From NCBI GenBank assembly GCA_963555815.3, contig CAUVWX020000002.1, positions 512,001 through 576,000 of the forward strand: a stretch of 64,000 nucleotides of DNA, in the 5' to 3' direction. Shown here in pieces: positions 20,746 through 30,708 of this stretch; within the stretch, counting starts at the first letter, position 1, and the number at the start of each line of letters is the position of its first letter. The stretch comes from a bacterium. Lineage in GTDB: Bacteria > UBA8248 > JACPRG01 > G963555815. Both the position numbers and the translations under genes were made by a program. The notes below the pieces were generated by a model, which was given only the letters and a program-made list of their open reading frames with translations, had not been told where the DNA came from and made no database searches.

Positions 20746-21082
20746 CGCTGACTCCAGATCAGCTCTCGGTTGGAAAAGGTTGGGAGAGATGAGTCTAACC
20801 CCCAGGCCTAAGGGGGTGAGGCGCAAGAGGAGGACTCTCTGCGCCACGGTGGGTCCGGCCGCCTCTCTTGCTCTGGGCCGAGGCTAACTCTTACGCGAAA
20901 TCCCATACTCTTAAGAGGCATGCCGAAAGAACACCCGCTGCCATCCTTAGAGACGGGCCCTGAGGCCATCGTCTCGGACAGTTCAAGCTCTCCCCGATAC
21001 TGCCTTCCCATCTCCGAGAGGCTGCTCCGACCCGCTGATGGCGACCCATCCTGTTGTCACGGTCGGAGCAGACCCGCCTATT

Positions 21083-21260
21083 TCAGTCCCCTGCCGCAAT
21101 GCCGTGTGGACGAGATTTCGAACCTGGTCACCAAGTGGGCACCGGTAGGCCGCTTTAGGCTCTCTCCATAGGAGGTGCTCACCACGGCCGATCCCAGCTC
21201 CCAGGTTTCATCTGTTGGTTCAAAATTTCATTCCATCACGAACATGACAGGGGAACACTT
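21083..21260 (-). ncRNA. ssrS: 6S RNA
   Basis: Canonical synteny between zapA and 5-FCL. Terminal stem gttcccctgtc/ggcaggggac and inner tgaacc/ggttcg and acctgg/ccaggt pairings give a ~175-nt rod with a central bubble. Confidence 0.8.
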
Positions 21261-21277
21261 ACCGGACCTCCTTTGAC

Positions 21278-21553
21278 CTAATCTCCAACCATGCGAAGGA
21301 GCGTGTCGGCGCGCTCTGCGACCTGCCGTTCCTGCTCCTTCTGGGCCTTTTGAGCTTCAAAGAGATCGTTGGCGATATTGAGGGCCGCCAAGACCGCCAC
21401 TTTCAGCGAGTCGGTCGTGTCCTTTTCGGAAATGACCCTCATCTGGTCTTCGACATAGCGGGCGAGGTCCTGGGCATATTCGGGCTCGGCATCCGCCCGA
21501 ACCTGATAAGCCCGACCCATAATCTCGACGTTGAGGACCTGCTTCTCGTTCAC
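21278..21553 (-). CDS. zapA: Cell division protein ZapA
   Basis: VEIMGRAY and KVAVLAALNIANDL motifs. Confidence 0.92.
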   Translation of the reverse strand: MNEKQVLNVEIMGRAYQVRADAEPEYAQDLARYVEDQMRVISEKDTTDSLKVAVLAALNIANDLFEAQKAQKEQERQVAERADTLLRMVGD

Positions 21554-21556
21554 GCT

Positions 21557-21802
21557 CTACCCCTGCATTCTGAAACCCCGAAGGGTCCCCAGAAGGGATT
21601 CCACCTTCTTGCGAATGGCCTTCCTCTCTTGAAGGAGTTTGAGATGCTCGGGGGACTCCTTCTCGGATCCCTTTTGGGAGTCCTTCCCGAACTCCTTCGC
21701 CCGAGCTCGGAGGCTGTCGCGCTCCTCAACCAAGGCCTTTAGCTTGGGCTCTAACAAGTCAAGCTTCTTGAGCCCCATCCCCTCCCTGGGCGCCGCGATC
21801 AT
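21557..21802 (-). CDS. Small coiled-coil protein, ZapB-like
   Basis: Coiled coil ending ERKAIRKKVESLL directly upstream of zapA. Confidence 0.6.
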   Translation of the reverse strand: MIAAPREGMGLKKLDLLEPKLKALVEERDSLRARAKEFGKDSQKGSEKESPEHLKLLQERKAIRKKVESLLGTLRGFRMQG

Positions 21803-22087
21803 CCTCTTTGCCTCAACAAGGTTTTAGTTGGCCCTATATTACAAGAATGGGGAAGGCCCACAAGGTTTTTTTCGCGGGAGGGCTTAAAAAGACCCCGCGC
21901 TCTGGGGTGGACCGCCAAAACCTGCTCGACCTGCCATATAATTAAAAATTCTTTGCGTCTTCTTCGTCCTCAAGAAGCGAGTGTCGATGCCCACATCAAG
22001 AGTTTTAGCAGTAAGAAGGTTCTTCGCGCCCGGCGAATCAGCAGGGACAGCGGCTAGACCTCCTCATCCTTCTTATGAGGAGCCCTG

Positions 22088-23362
22088 ATGTCCGTTTTCC
22101 CCCCACAGGTCTGGGTCCTGACGGGGATCACCTTCTGCGTCATGCTGGGGGTGGGGCTGGTCAGCCCTATCCTCCCCCTCTACGCCCAGGGCTTCGGGGT
22201 CTCCTACGTGGCCATTGGCACCTTCATCTCAGTCTTTCCCTTGGTCCGCTTCTTTGCCAACGTGCCGGCTGGGGTCTTGGCGGACCGCTGGGGCGAGCGG
22301 CGAGTGGCGACGCTCGGGCCGGCCATCATCGCCTTAGGCTCCTTGGTGAACGCCACGGCGTCGTCCTATGGGATGCTGATCTCGGGCCGGGTGCTGGAGG
22401 GGCTTGGGTCCGCTCTCTACGTGACGACGGCCATGAAATATGTCATCCGCGTCACCCCGCCTCAGCGCATGGGAAAGGCCATGAGCCTTTATCAGTCATC
22501 CTTTCTCCTTGGGGTTTCCTTCGGGCCGAGCCTGGGGGGTTGGGCGGCCTCGATCGGGGGTCTTCGAATGCCCTTCTTCCTATACGGGTTTCTCGCCCTG
22601 GTGGGCTCCCTCGGGGCCTGGGTCTTTGTCCGGGACCCCGTTGAAGGGGTCCAACCCCTGGACGCGGCCCAGCAGCCCGCGGGGGATCGACCGCAAACCT
22701 CCAGGCAATCCAAGGGGTGGCGGGAGACCATCGTCGAGTTGAGGGCGCTTCGGCCCCTCTTTCGGGACTACGCCTTCGTCATGGCCCTCCTTTTCTCCGC
22801 CGCTATCTTTAGCATCCGCTCAGGGGTCAGGCAGACGGTCCTCCCCCTCTACGCCGAAAAGGTGGCCGGTCTCGGAACCCTTGAAATTGGTCTTCTCATC
22901 ACGGGGGCCACCGTCGCGAGCCTCCTCCTTCTATGGCCCGCCGGAAGGGCGGTCGACCGCACCCGGAAAGGGGTGGCAGTCTTGGGGAACCTCCTGCTCG
23001 CCCTCGCCGTTTTTGCCTTTGCCGGGGCCAACCGCTTCGAAACTCTCCTCGCCGCCGCTTTTGGTTTTGGAGCGATCACGGCCTTTGTGGGCGTCGTCCC
23101 CGCGGTGGTGGCGTCGGACGTGATCCCGCCAAAGATGAGAGGGTCCGCCATTGGCGTCTACCGGATGGCGGGTGACCTCGGCTTCATCCTGGGGCCTCTC
23201 CTGGGGGGGCTCGGCATGTCGCGCTTTGGTTTTGGGCCAACTTTCAGCTTGTTCGCCGTCGTCGCCCTCATCGCAGGACTCTTGGCCCTGAAAATGCGGG
23301 AGACCTTGGCCTCAGGCAAGCCCAAAGAGTCGGCTGTCACGGGCCTGGAGAGAATGGAGTGA
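22088..23362 (+). CDS. MFS transporter
   Basis: About 12 TM segments; motif A GVLADRWGER; GPLLGG. Confidence 0.9.
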   Translation: MSVFPPQVWVLTGITFCVMLGVGLVSPILPLYAQGFGVSYVAIGTFISVFPLVRFFANVPAGVLADRWGERRVATLGPAIIALGSLVNATASSYGMLISGRVLEGLGSALYVTTAMKYVIRVTPPQRMGKAMSLYQSSFLLGVSFGPSLGGWAASIGGLRMPFFLYGFLALVGSLGAWVFVRDPVEGVQPLDAAQQPAGDRPQTSRQSKGWRETIVELRALRPLFRDYAFVMALLFSAAIFSIRSGVRQTVLPLYAEKVAGLGTLEIGLLITGATVASLLLLWPAGRAVDRTRKGVAVLGNLLLALAVFAFAGANRFETLLAAAFGFGAITAFVGVVPAVVASDVIPPKMRGSAIGVYRMAGDLGFILGPLLGGLGMSRFGFGPTFSLFAVVALIAGLLALKMRETLASGKPKESAVTGLERME

Positions 23363-23385
23363 GACCCTCTCGAATGACGCCGAGT

Positions 23386-25083
23386 TTAGTTGCCCTGAGC
23401 GTCCGGGTCAGAGCCGAGGGTTGGATCGGAGGGGATGTTCTCAAGGAGGATCATCTGAAACTTGCCGTAAGACAAAGAGGGCTGGACCACCCGAAGTCTC
23501 TTTTTTAACTCCTCCCAAAACTCCGGAAACGCATTCGCTTTCATCAACACATAGCCATCCTGTGGGTACTCGTCCAGGAAAGAGGCGACCTCACTAAAAC
23601 GTTGGGCGTAGAAGACCTTCCCCTTCCTCTCTTCCCCGCCGTAAAGGTCAATGGAGGCCTTGGTGAAGTGGAAGGCCAGGAGGGGCCGGTCGCCGACCAC
23701 CTGCGCCAAGGCCACCGCGGAGGGGGCTGGTGAGCGACGAGCCTCGATGATGGGTGTGGCCTTCCACTGCCCCGCCACCTGCAAGAGAAGAAGTCCCGCC
23801 AGAGAAATCCCGATCCCCCAGCCGTATTCCCCCCTCCTCACCGCCCAAAGGGCGAGGAGACCCGTCACAAGGCCAATGGCCCCAAGGATGAGAGCCGCCT
23901 GAAATAGCTCCCGGTCCATATACCAGGCGACGGGTGCAAGTCCCACCGAACCCACAACCAGTGCGACCATCATCCCCTGAAAGATGAGCCGCGCCATCCA
24001 CCGCCACCCTATCCCCTGCCCCACCAGGAGTTCGGTTCCCAGGAATGCCCCTGTCAGGAGGGCGGCCGCCGGATACAGGGGGAGGATATAGTGGTCGCGC
24101 TTTGAGGTTGAAAGGCTGAAGAAGATGAAGATGGCGGCCCACCAGAGGAGAAGAAACCCGCTGCCACTTTCCCGCCGCCTCTTCCAGGCATAGACCAGAG
24201 CGGGAAGGCCCAGGAGGCTCCAGGGCAGAAGGTTCGTCGAAAAATGCTCAACGTAGTAGTAGATAGGCTGCGGGTGGTTGAAGGCATTCACGTAACGCGT
24301 CAGGTTTTCGCGAATGAGCAACCCCTCCACATACTCCCGCCCCACAGCTTGGGCATAAAGGACGTACCAAGGGGTGGCGACTGCGGCAAAGAAGGCCACG
24401 CCCAGGAGGTGTCCCCAGACGGGAAACGCCCCCCATTTCCGCTTTGCCCCCAGGAAGGCAAGGCCTCCAAAGACAGCGAGGACTATCCCGACGGGCCCCT
24501 TTGTCAGCGTGGCCAGGGCCGCGGCCCCATAAGCCCCCAGAAGATAGCCAAGACGAGCTTTTGATTCCGCCCGAAGGCTGCCCGCCACAAACAAATAGAC
24601 CGACAGGGTGATGAAGAAAGTGAGAAGCATGTCCGAGCGAGCCATTCGGGCGTGCTGAAAGAAGATAAAGGTGGTGCTGAGGACAAGTGCCGAGAGGAAG
24701 CCCGTCTTTCGGCCAAACAGGATGCTCCCGAGGGCATAAACAAGAAAGAGGGTGGCAAGCGCCGCCGCCGCCGAAGGGATGCGGGCCGTCCACTCGGAGA
24801 CTTCACCTGAAGCCACCGAGAGGAGCCCAATCGTCCAATGAAAGAGCGGGGGCTTTGTCCCCAAAGGCCGGCCGGACCATCGAGGGACAAGCCAGTCGCC
24901 GGTCTCCACCATCTGTCTCGCCTGAAGGGCAAATCGCGTCTCCTCGTTATCCACCAGGCTGGTGCCCGACAGGTTCAGGAAGAAGAGGACGCCACCGATA
25001 AGGAGGAGGGCAAAGACGTGGAAGGTCCGGGACCCCCTGAGCCCCGTCTCCTGAGCGGAAGATTGATGTTCCCTCTCTTTCAC
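23386..25083 (-). CDS. ArnT/GT83-like GT-C glycosyltransferase
   Basis: ETRFALQARQMVETGDWLVP, KPPLFHW, ARSDMLLTFF, LTKGPVG and KRDHYILPLYP motifs. Confidence 0.85.
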   Translation of the reverse strand: MKEREHQSSAQETGLRGSRTFHVFALLLIGGVLFFLNLSGTSLVDNEETRFALQARQMVETGDWLVPRWSGRPLGTKPPLFHWTIGLLSVASGEVSEWTARIPSAAAALATLFLVYALGSILFGRKTGFLSALVLSTTFIFFQHARMARSDMLLTFFITLSVYLFVAGSLRAESKARLGYLLGAYGAAALATLTKGPVGIVLAVFGGLAFLGAKRKWGAFPVWGHLLGVAFFAAVATPWYVLYAQAVGREYVEGLLIRENLTRYVNAFNHPQPIYYYVEHFSTNLLPWSLLGLPALVYAWKRRRESGSGFLLLWWAAIFIFFSLSTSKRDHYILPLYPAAALLTGAFLGTELLVGQGIGWRWMARLIFQGMMVALVVGSVGLAPVAWYMDRELFQAALILGAIGLVTGLLALWAVRRGEYGWGIGISLAGLLLLQVAGQWKATPIIEARRSPAPSAVALAQVVGDRPLLAFHFTKASIDLYGGEERKGKVFYAQRFSEVASFLDEYPQDGYVLMKANAFPEFWEELKKRLRVVQPSLSYGKFQMILLENIPSDPTLGSDPDAQGN

Positions 25084-25125
25084 AATCTTTCCTTTAGAAG
25101 GTGCGCTGGGTGAGATCCAGTTCCT

Positions 25126-26730
25126 CTAGGGCTGCGATTCCCCGTCGAGGTCCTCCGGCTGCGTTTCTCCCGCTTCCCGAAGGATCCGTCTTAAAATCTT
25201 CCCCGATGCTGACCTGGGGATGGCGCGGGTAAACTCCACCTCTCGGACCTGTTTGTACTCGTCAACTTGTGCTCGAACAAAATCCATGATGTCCTCGGCG
25301 TTCACCTCACTCTTGTTCTTGTTCCGCAGGACAATAAAAGCCTTGGGAATCTCCCCTGCTTCAGAGTCGGGTTTTCCGACGACAGCGCAATCGACCACCC
25401 CTGGGTGACAGCGAAGAGCGGCCTCCAGCTCCGCGGGAGCAATTCTGAACCCCTTGTACCTGATCATCTCCTCCAGGCGGTCCTGAAAGTAGATGTAGCC
25501 CTCCTCATCCACCCGGACGAGGTCTCCAGTATAGAGCCAGCCATCTCGAAGGGTCCGGGCCGTCTCCTCGGGCGCATTCCAGTAGCCCTTCATGATGTGA
25601 GGACCTCTGAGGACAAGCTCTCCCGCCTCCCCGGGCGGAACCTCAAGCTCTCCCGTTTCGAGGTCCACAACCCTCTGCTGCTCATCCGAGACAGGGGGCC
25701 CAACGGACTCCGCCTTAACGAGCTCCGCGATGGGGGGGTTCATGTGGGTGAGTGGAGAGGCCTCGGTGAGACCATAGGCCATGAAAGTGAGGACCCCGGT
25801 TTGCTCTTGGACCCGTTCTCGGAGCTCGAGGGAAAGGGGGGCCGCCCCACTCATGATGTAGCGAAGGGAAGAGAGGTCAAACGGGCTGAGGTCGGGATAA
25901 TCGGCGATGGCGAGGAGGTCTGGAGGGGTGCCGTAGAAAAGGCTAACCCGATGGCGCTCAATGAGGCCAAAGGCCTCTTCCGCCTTAAAACGCTTCATCA
26001 GGATCTGTGTCCCCGCCGCCGCCACCATCCCCCCCATGATCATCGTCCCGCCTGCGCCATAGAGGGGAAGGAAGAGAAGGGCCCGGTCGCGAGAGGTGAC
26101 CCGGTGGTTTGCGATAAACTGGATATGGGTGGAGACCAAGTTGCGGTGCGTCAGCATGACTCCCTTGGGGGGACCTGTGGTCCCGCTGGAATAGGAAATG
26201 GTGACGAGATCTTCGGCAGGGTCGATGGGAGGGCCGTCGAAGGGTTCCGTGGACTCCCCGGCAATCCATTCATGAAAAAGTGGTGTCCCGCCGCCGATGG
26301 GACCTTTCCCCACAACAACAAATTCTTCGAGCGTCTGGACATATCGGGTGAGACCTGTGACATGGCGCAAGAGGTCCTGCTCCACGATGCAGACCTTCGC
26401 CCCTGAATCCTCCAGTTGATAACGGGCCTCCTGGGCTTTGAAGGAGGTGTTTAAGGGCGTCAAGATGGCCCCCACCTTGGAGCCGGCAAAGAAGGCGACC
26501 TCGAATTCGGCCGAGTTTCCAAGGTAAAGAGCCAGACGGTCTCCATATCCCACCCCCAGCCCGGCGAGGGCCCGGGCGCCGGCGTTCGAGAGGGCGTCGA
26601 GCTCCTGAAACGTGAGTTTCCGGTCCCCGTCGATGACAGCTGCCCGGCCAGGACACCGCCCGGCGGCGGCACTCAAGAGCCCATGGAAAGGACAATTGGG
26701 ATATTGAAGGGAGGGACGCATAAATTTCAT
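25126..26730 (-). CDS. AMP-dependent acyl-CoA synthetase (long-chain/4-coumarate-CoA ligase-like)
   Basis: YSSGTTGPPKG, YGLTEASP, GWLYTGD and SGKILRR motifs. Confidence 0.9.
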   Translation of the reverse strand: MKFMRPSLQYPNCPFHGLLSAAAGRCPGRAAVIDGDRKLTFQELDALSNAGARALAGLGVGYGDRLALYLGNSAEFEVAFFAGSKVGAILTPLNTSFKAQEARYQLEDSGAKVCIVEQDLLRHVTGLTRYVQTLEEFVVVGKGPIGGGTPLFHEWIAGESTEPFDGPPIDPAEDLVTISYSSGTTGPPKGVMLTHRNLVSTHIQFIANHRVTSRDRALLFLPLYGAGGTMIMGGMVAAAGTQILMKRFKAEEAFGLIERHRVSLFYGTPPDLLAIADYPDLSPFDLSSLRYIMSGAAPLSLELRERVQEQTGVLTFMAYGLTEASPLTHMNPPIAELVKAESVGPPVSDEQQRVVDLETGELEVPPGEAGELVLRGPHIMKGYWNAPEETARTLRDGWLYTGDLVRVDEEGYIYFQDRLEEMIRYKGFRIAPAELEAALRCHPGVVDCAVVGKPDSEAGEIPKAFIVLRNKNKSEVNAEDIMDFVRAQVDEYKQVREVEFTRAIPRSASGKILRRILREAGETQPEDLDGESQP

Positions 26731-26949
26731 CTTGGCGTTTGGGACAAATGACACGCTTGGCGCAAAAGACTCTCCACTTTAAACAAAAACCTAATCCTGC
26801 GAAGAATTCTAGAGAGGCCTTCCGCACGAAGTCAAATTTGGAGGGGCATTGATGAGGACACCCCATCTTTGTCGTGCTCGTCAGAGGGGATATCGTTGTT
26901 CCCTTAAAAGAGGTTGCCTCGGGTGAAAAAGGAAACCCTTCAGAGTCAA

Positions 26950-27327
26950 ATGAAACATCTGTTTGTCTATGGGACCCTGATGCGGGGAGAAAGACGGGCC
27001 GCCACCGTGGAGGGCGGGACCTACCTCTGCGACGGAAGGGTCGAGGGCTTTTGTCTCTACTACCTGGGGGATTATCCCGGGATCTACCCCACCCCTGGTG
27101 GACAGGTCTTCGGGGAGATTTTTTGTTTCGAGGACATCGCCCTGGCTCTTTCGCGTCTCGATGTTTTCGAGGATGTCCCGTCTCTCTTTCGGCGGGAAAT
27201 CCTGCCGGTCCTATCGGATTCCAGCCCCCTTGAGGCCTGGATTTATGTCCTTCAAGAAGACCCCGGCGGCCGATTTCCACCCATCATCGGCGGCCACTGG
27301 CCCGCCCACCGGCTCTCAAGCACCTGA
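26950..27327 (+). CDS. Gamma-glutamylcyclotransferase (AIG2/YtfP-like) family protein
   Basis: LFVYGTLMRG, YPG, LDVFE and AWIY motifs. Confidence 0.85.
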   Translation: MKHLFVYGTLMRGERRAATVEGGTYLCDGRVEGFCLYYLGDYPGIYPTPGGQVFGEIFCFEDIALALSRLDVFEDVPSLFRREILPVLSDSSPLEAWIYVLQEDPGGRFPPIIGGHWPAHRLSST

Positions 27328-27389
27328 GAAAAGGGTTTTGCCAGACTGTTTAGAAGCGACTTGCAGGATTGACCCGCTTCAGTTCGGCC

Positions 27390-28250
27390 TCAATTCGCAG
27401 CTAACTTGGAAGACACCCTTGGGAGGCCCAAAAATCCTTCAAGGGTGTGGGCCTCTTTTTGGGGATGGAGGAGTTTGAATCGTTCCCTAAAACTTTTGTG
27501 CTCGCTGACGAGGACGTCTGCATAAGCCAGGGAAGAGAGATGGATGAACTCCTCGGCGTCACTCCGCTTTCGGTCTTCATGTCGAACCCGGTAAAGAAAA
27601 CGCTTGAGGATCGGGATCTTCAGGAAGGCGGCGAGCGAGGGACACCGGGAGAGCTTGCCCTCCACCTTTCGGGCCAGGGCGGATGGACGCTCGGTCTTCA
27701 TCACCTCGGCCAGGAGCTTCCTCAGCGCTTCTCGTCGCCCCTCCTGGCTCCAACTGGCGACCATCTGCTGAAAATCCTCGGCGTCGCCTGTCCAAAGGGG
27801 GGGCTCCCCGAAAAGGTGATCCACGGCGCGCCCAAAGTGCTCCAGCCAGCGCCGCCTCTCCTTTAAATGGGATTCGGACTCGGGACCAAAGTCTCCCCTG
27901 GCGAACGCCTCAAAGTGCCCCACCACTTGCTTCTGCTCCTCTTCGTCCATCTCCCATCGGGGCCGGGGCCGCTCGTCCAGGACCGCCCGCACCTCCCCTT
28001 GAAGAAGCCAGCGAAAGGGTTTCAGGAGGCCCTTGGGAACCAGCTTCTGGACCAACTCGAAGAGCGCCCTCCCCTCTTCCTGACCTCCAAAACGAAAGGA
28101 ATTGGCAAGCTCGAGGAGGGCGGCCTCGTCAAAGAGGAGCACCCATGGGCTGCCCGGTTGGAGGAGCGCCGGCGCCTCCGTCCCCAGCTCTCGCAGCCGG
28201 TTGTAGGCTGAGGCCTCGAGATAGAGAAGCCTCTTGGATGGGGTGGGCAT
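27390..28250 (-). CDS. Hypothetical protein, possible divergent PIN-like fold
   Basis: 286-aa ORF co-oriented with mtaB-DUF62. N-terminal LLYLEASAY and C-terminal SDAEEFIHLSSLAYADVLVSEH resemble PIN motifs. Confidence 0.6.
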   Translation of the reverse strand: MPTPSKRLLYLEASAYNRLRELGTEAPALLQPGSPWVLLFDEAALLELANSFRFGGQEEGRALFELVQKLVPKGLLKPFRWLLQGEVRAVLDERPRPRWEMDEEEQKQVVGHFEAFARGDFGPESESHLKERRRWLEHFGRAVDHLFGEPPLWTGDAEDFQQMVASWSQEGRREALRKLLAEVMKTERPSALARKVEGKLSRCPSLAAFLKIPILKRFLYRVRHEDRKRSDAEEFIHLSSLAYADVLVSEHKSFRERFKLLHPQKEAHTLEGFLGLPRVSSKLAAN

Positions 28251-28266
28251 GGGAAAAACCCCTGCC

Positions 28267-29079
28267 TTAATTTCGAGGGATGACCGTGACGGGAGTCCCT
28301 CGCCGGGCGCCCAGGCGCTCCCGGGCGTTGGCCGAACGGCAAAAGACTTCCAGATAACCCCAACTGTTGAAGAGGGCCGCTGGGACACCCTCGCAGGCCG
28401 CCTGGTAGTAACTGACCAGGGGGCTGGCGGGGGCGTCCTCCACCTTGACCTCTGCGCCACTGAAGCCGGGTAGGGCTTTTTCTAAGAAAGGCCGGTCGAT
28501 ATTCGTCATCAAGTTTCCGAACCGGTCGACGTGGATCACCTCACCCTCAACGCGAGGCCTCTCCCCGGAGTGTTTAAGAAGTGGAGTCGGCCAGGTGAGC
28601 TCCTGGGCGTCCGAAATCTTCGCCCCGGCCTCCCCGGGGTCAGCCCCTAGGGCCAGATGGGCCGCTGCCGGGGCAAAAACATCCCGGCCGTGGAAGGTGG
28701 TGGAAACCTCAGGGAGAAACCAACGGCGATTGGTCAGTTCAAAAATCTCTGCTCCCTCCTCCTTCAAGGCGAAGGTGAGGAGGCCGTTGTCAGGGGCAAC
28801 GAAGAGGGAGGTGGGGGTCGAGACGACCAGGGCTCGTCGCGTTCCGCCGACCCCTGGGTCCACGACGGCCAAATGGACTGTCCCCGGCGGAAAGTACCGA
28901 TAGGCCGCCTTGAGGATCAGGGCGGCTCCCTGGACATCCTGAGGGGCCACCTCATGAGTGATGTCCACGAGGGCCGCGTCGGGGCAGACCCCCAGGATGA
29001 CGCCCTTCATGGCCCCCACGAAGCCATCATCCCTGCCGAAGTCCGTCGTGAGAATGATGACAGGCCTCTTCCGGCTCAC
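28267..29079 (-). CDS. DUF62 SAM hydrolase (SAM hydroxide adenosyltransferase family)
   Basis: LTTDFG, VVDPGVGGTRR, APDNG, TFHGRDVF and DRFGNL motifs; GTGA overlap with the mtaB stop. Confidence 0.9.
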   Translation of the reverse strand: MSRKRPVIILTTDFGRDDGFVGAMKGVILGVCPDAALVDITHEVAPQDVQGAALILKAAYRYFPPGTVHLAVVDPGVGGTRRALVVSTPTSLFVAPDNGLLTFALKEEGAEIFELTNRRWFLPEVSTTFHGRDVFAPAAAHLALGADPGEAGAKISDAQELTWPTPLLKHSGERPRVEGEVIHVDRFGNLMTNIDRPFLEKALPGFSGAEVKVEDAPASPLVSYYQAACEGVPAALFNSWGYLEVFCRSANARERLGARRGTPVTVIPRN

Positions 29080-30446
29080 GGGCAAAAACCCTCTCTAGAA
29101 CCGGCTTCGAGCGGGGCCACAGCAGTCCCCCGGACGTTTTTCTCCCCCACCGCTTCCACGCAGACATGGACACACTCGTTCATCCAGGCGTCCGGTCCCT
29201 CCGTCAGCACCTCGATGTAATTGTCCGTGAGACCTCTGAGGAGGCCTGTCCCCTTGTGCCGCGTGTGTTCGATGAGAACCGTGACGGTCTTACCTAAATG
29301 GGTCCCAAAGAAAGCGCTTTGCTTTTTCCGTCCTAGCTCCCGCAGCCGGGCGGCCCGCTCCGTTTTGACTTTTGAGGGAATTTGTTCCATTTTCGCCGCC
29401 GGTGTATTCCGCCTGGTGGAGTAGGGGAAGACGTGAAGGTAGGTAATGGGGAGGCGGTCGATCAGGGCGAGGGTCTCCTCGAAGGCTTTTTGGCTCTCCC
29501 CTGGGAACCCGGCGATAACGTCCGCTCCGATCCCCACCGTTGGCATCTTCTCCTTGATGCGCAGCAACCGCTCCGCATAGAAGTCCGATGAGTAGGGTCG
29601 GCGCATGGACCGGAGGACGCCGTCGTCCCCGCTTTGAAGGGGAATGTGAAAGTGAGGACAAAGGCACGGCGTCTCGGCGCATCGGTCAATGAGGTGATTT
29701 GGGATCTCCCAGGGATTCAGAGAGCTGATTCGAAGGCGTTTGAGCCCCTGGATCTCCCCGAGCTGTCCTACCAGGACCGCAAGGTCTGTCTTAGGCGAAA
29801 GATCCCACCCATAACTGCCCAGGTCCACCCCCGTTAGCACGACCTCACGATGGCCGGAGGCCACCATGGCCTCTACTTGCTCGGTCACCGCCCGGGGCGA
29901 GAGACTGCGGCTGGGGCCTCTGGCCAGGGTGATGGCGCAGAAGGAACAGCGGAAATCGCACCCGTCCTGGACTTTCAGAAAGGCCCGGGTGTGCCCCGCG
30001 AATATCTGGAGAGGAAGGGAAGTGAAGTTTCTCGTCTTCGCTATGTCTCCCACCTCGACCACCGGCTCTCCGAGCGGACGCTTCCCAAGGCCGTTCGTCC
30101 CGACGAAGGCGTCAAGACGCTCAGCCAGATGGAGTTTCTCCTGGTTCCCGAGGATCAGATCGACCCCTTCCAGGCGCGCCGCCTCCTTTTGGCTGGCCTG
30201 GGGGTAGCAGCCGGCCAGGACGACGAGAGCCTCCTCATTCCTCTTCACCGCTCGGCGGGCCAGCTGTCGCGAGCGATAGTCGCTCTTTCCCGTCACGGTG
30301 CAGGTGTTGATCACGTAAACGTCGGCCAGGTCTTCGAAGGAGACCACCCGGTAGCCCTTTGCCCGGAGGGACTCCTTCATGGCCGCCGTCTCGAACTGGT
30401 TCATGCGGCAACCAAGCGTATCCAGGGCGACGCGAAGACCTGTCAT
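29076..30446 (-). CDS. mtaB: tRNA t6A37 methylthiotransferase
   Basis: TLGCRMNQFE, INTCTVT, LKVQDGCDFRCSFC, HVFPYS and GLTDNY motifs. Confidence 0.93.
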   Translation of the reverse strand: MTGLRVALDTLGCRMNQFETAAMKESLRAKGYRVVSFEDLADVYVINTCTVTGKSDYRSRQLARRAVKRNEEALVVLAGCYPQASQKEAARLEGVDLILGNQEKLHLAERLDAFVGTNGLGKRPLGEPVVEVGDIAKTRNFTSLPLQIFAGHTRAFLKVQDGCDFRCSFCAITLARGPSRSLSPRAVTEQVEAMVASGHREVVLTGVDLGSYGWDLSPKTDLAVLVGQLGEIQGLKRLRISSLNPWEIPNHLIDRCAETPCLCPHFHIPLQSGDDGVLRSMRRPYSSDFYAERLLRIKEKMPTVGIGADVIAGFPGESQKAFEETLALIDRLPITYLHVFPYSTRRNTPAAKMEQIPSKVKTERAARLRELGRKKQSAFFGTHLGKTVTVLIEHTRHKGTGLLRGLTDNYIEVLTEGPDAWMNECVHVCVEAVGEKNVRGTAVAPLEAGSREGFCP

Positions 30447-30708
30447 CTCAACTCCTGGCCAAGCAGATCGCTTCTCAAAAAGACCTTGACTGACTCAGTT
30501 GAGCACCGTATCTAGTGTAGCATGACTAAAAGGGCTTGATTGATCTTGCTAGTGTCGCTGAGAGACCGAGGCCATTCTCCTTAACCCCTCCACCTCTGAA
30601 GCCTTTTCTGTGATAATAATCTAACAATAGGACATCGAGATGGGCATCTTGGGGAATCTCTGTCGCTCGATTGATGATGCAAAGGCTGTCGCCGAGGACA
30701 GGTGTTAA

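Noticed and set aside
28267..29079. Fluorinase/chlorinase
   Set aside because: It retains the Asp/Arg/His triad of DUF62 hydrolases, and no secondary-metabolite cluster is nearby.
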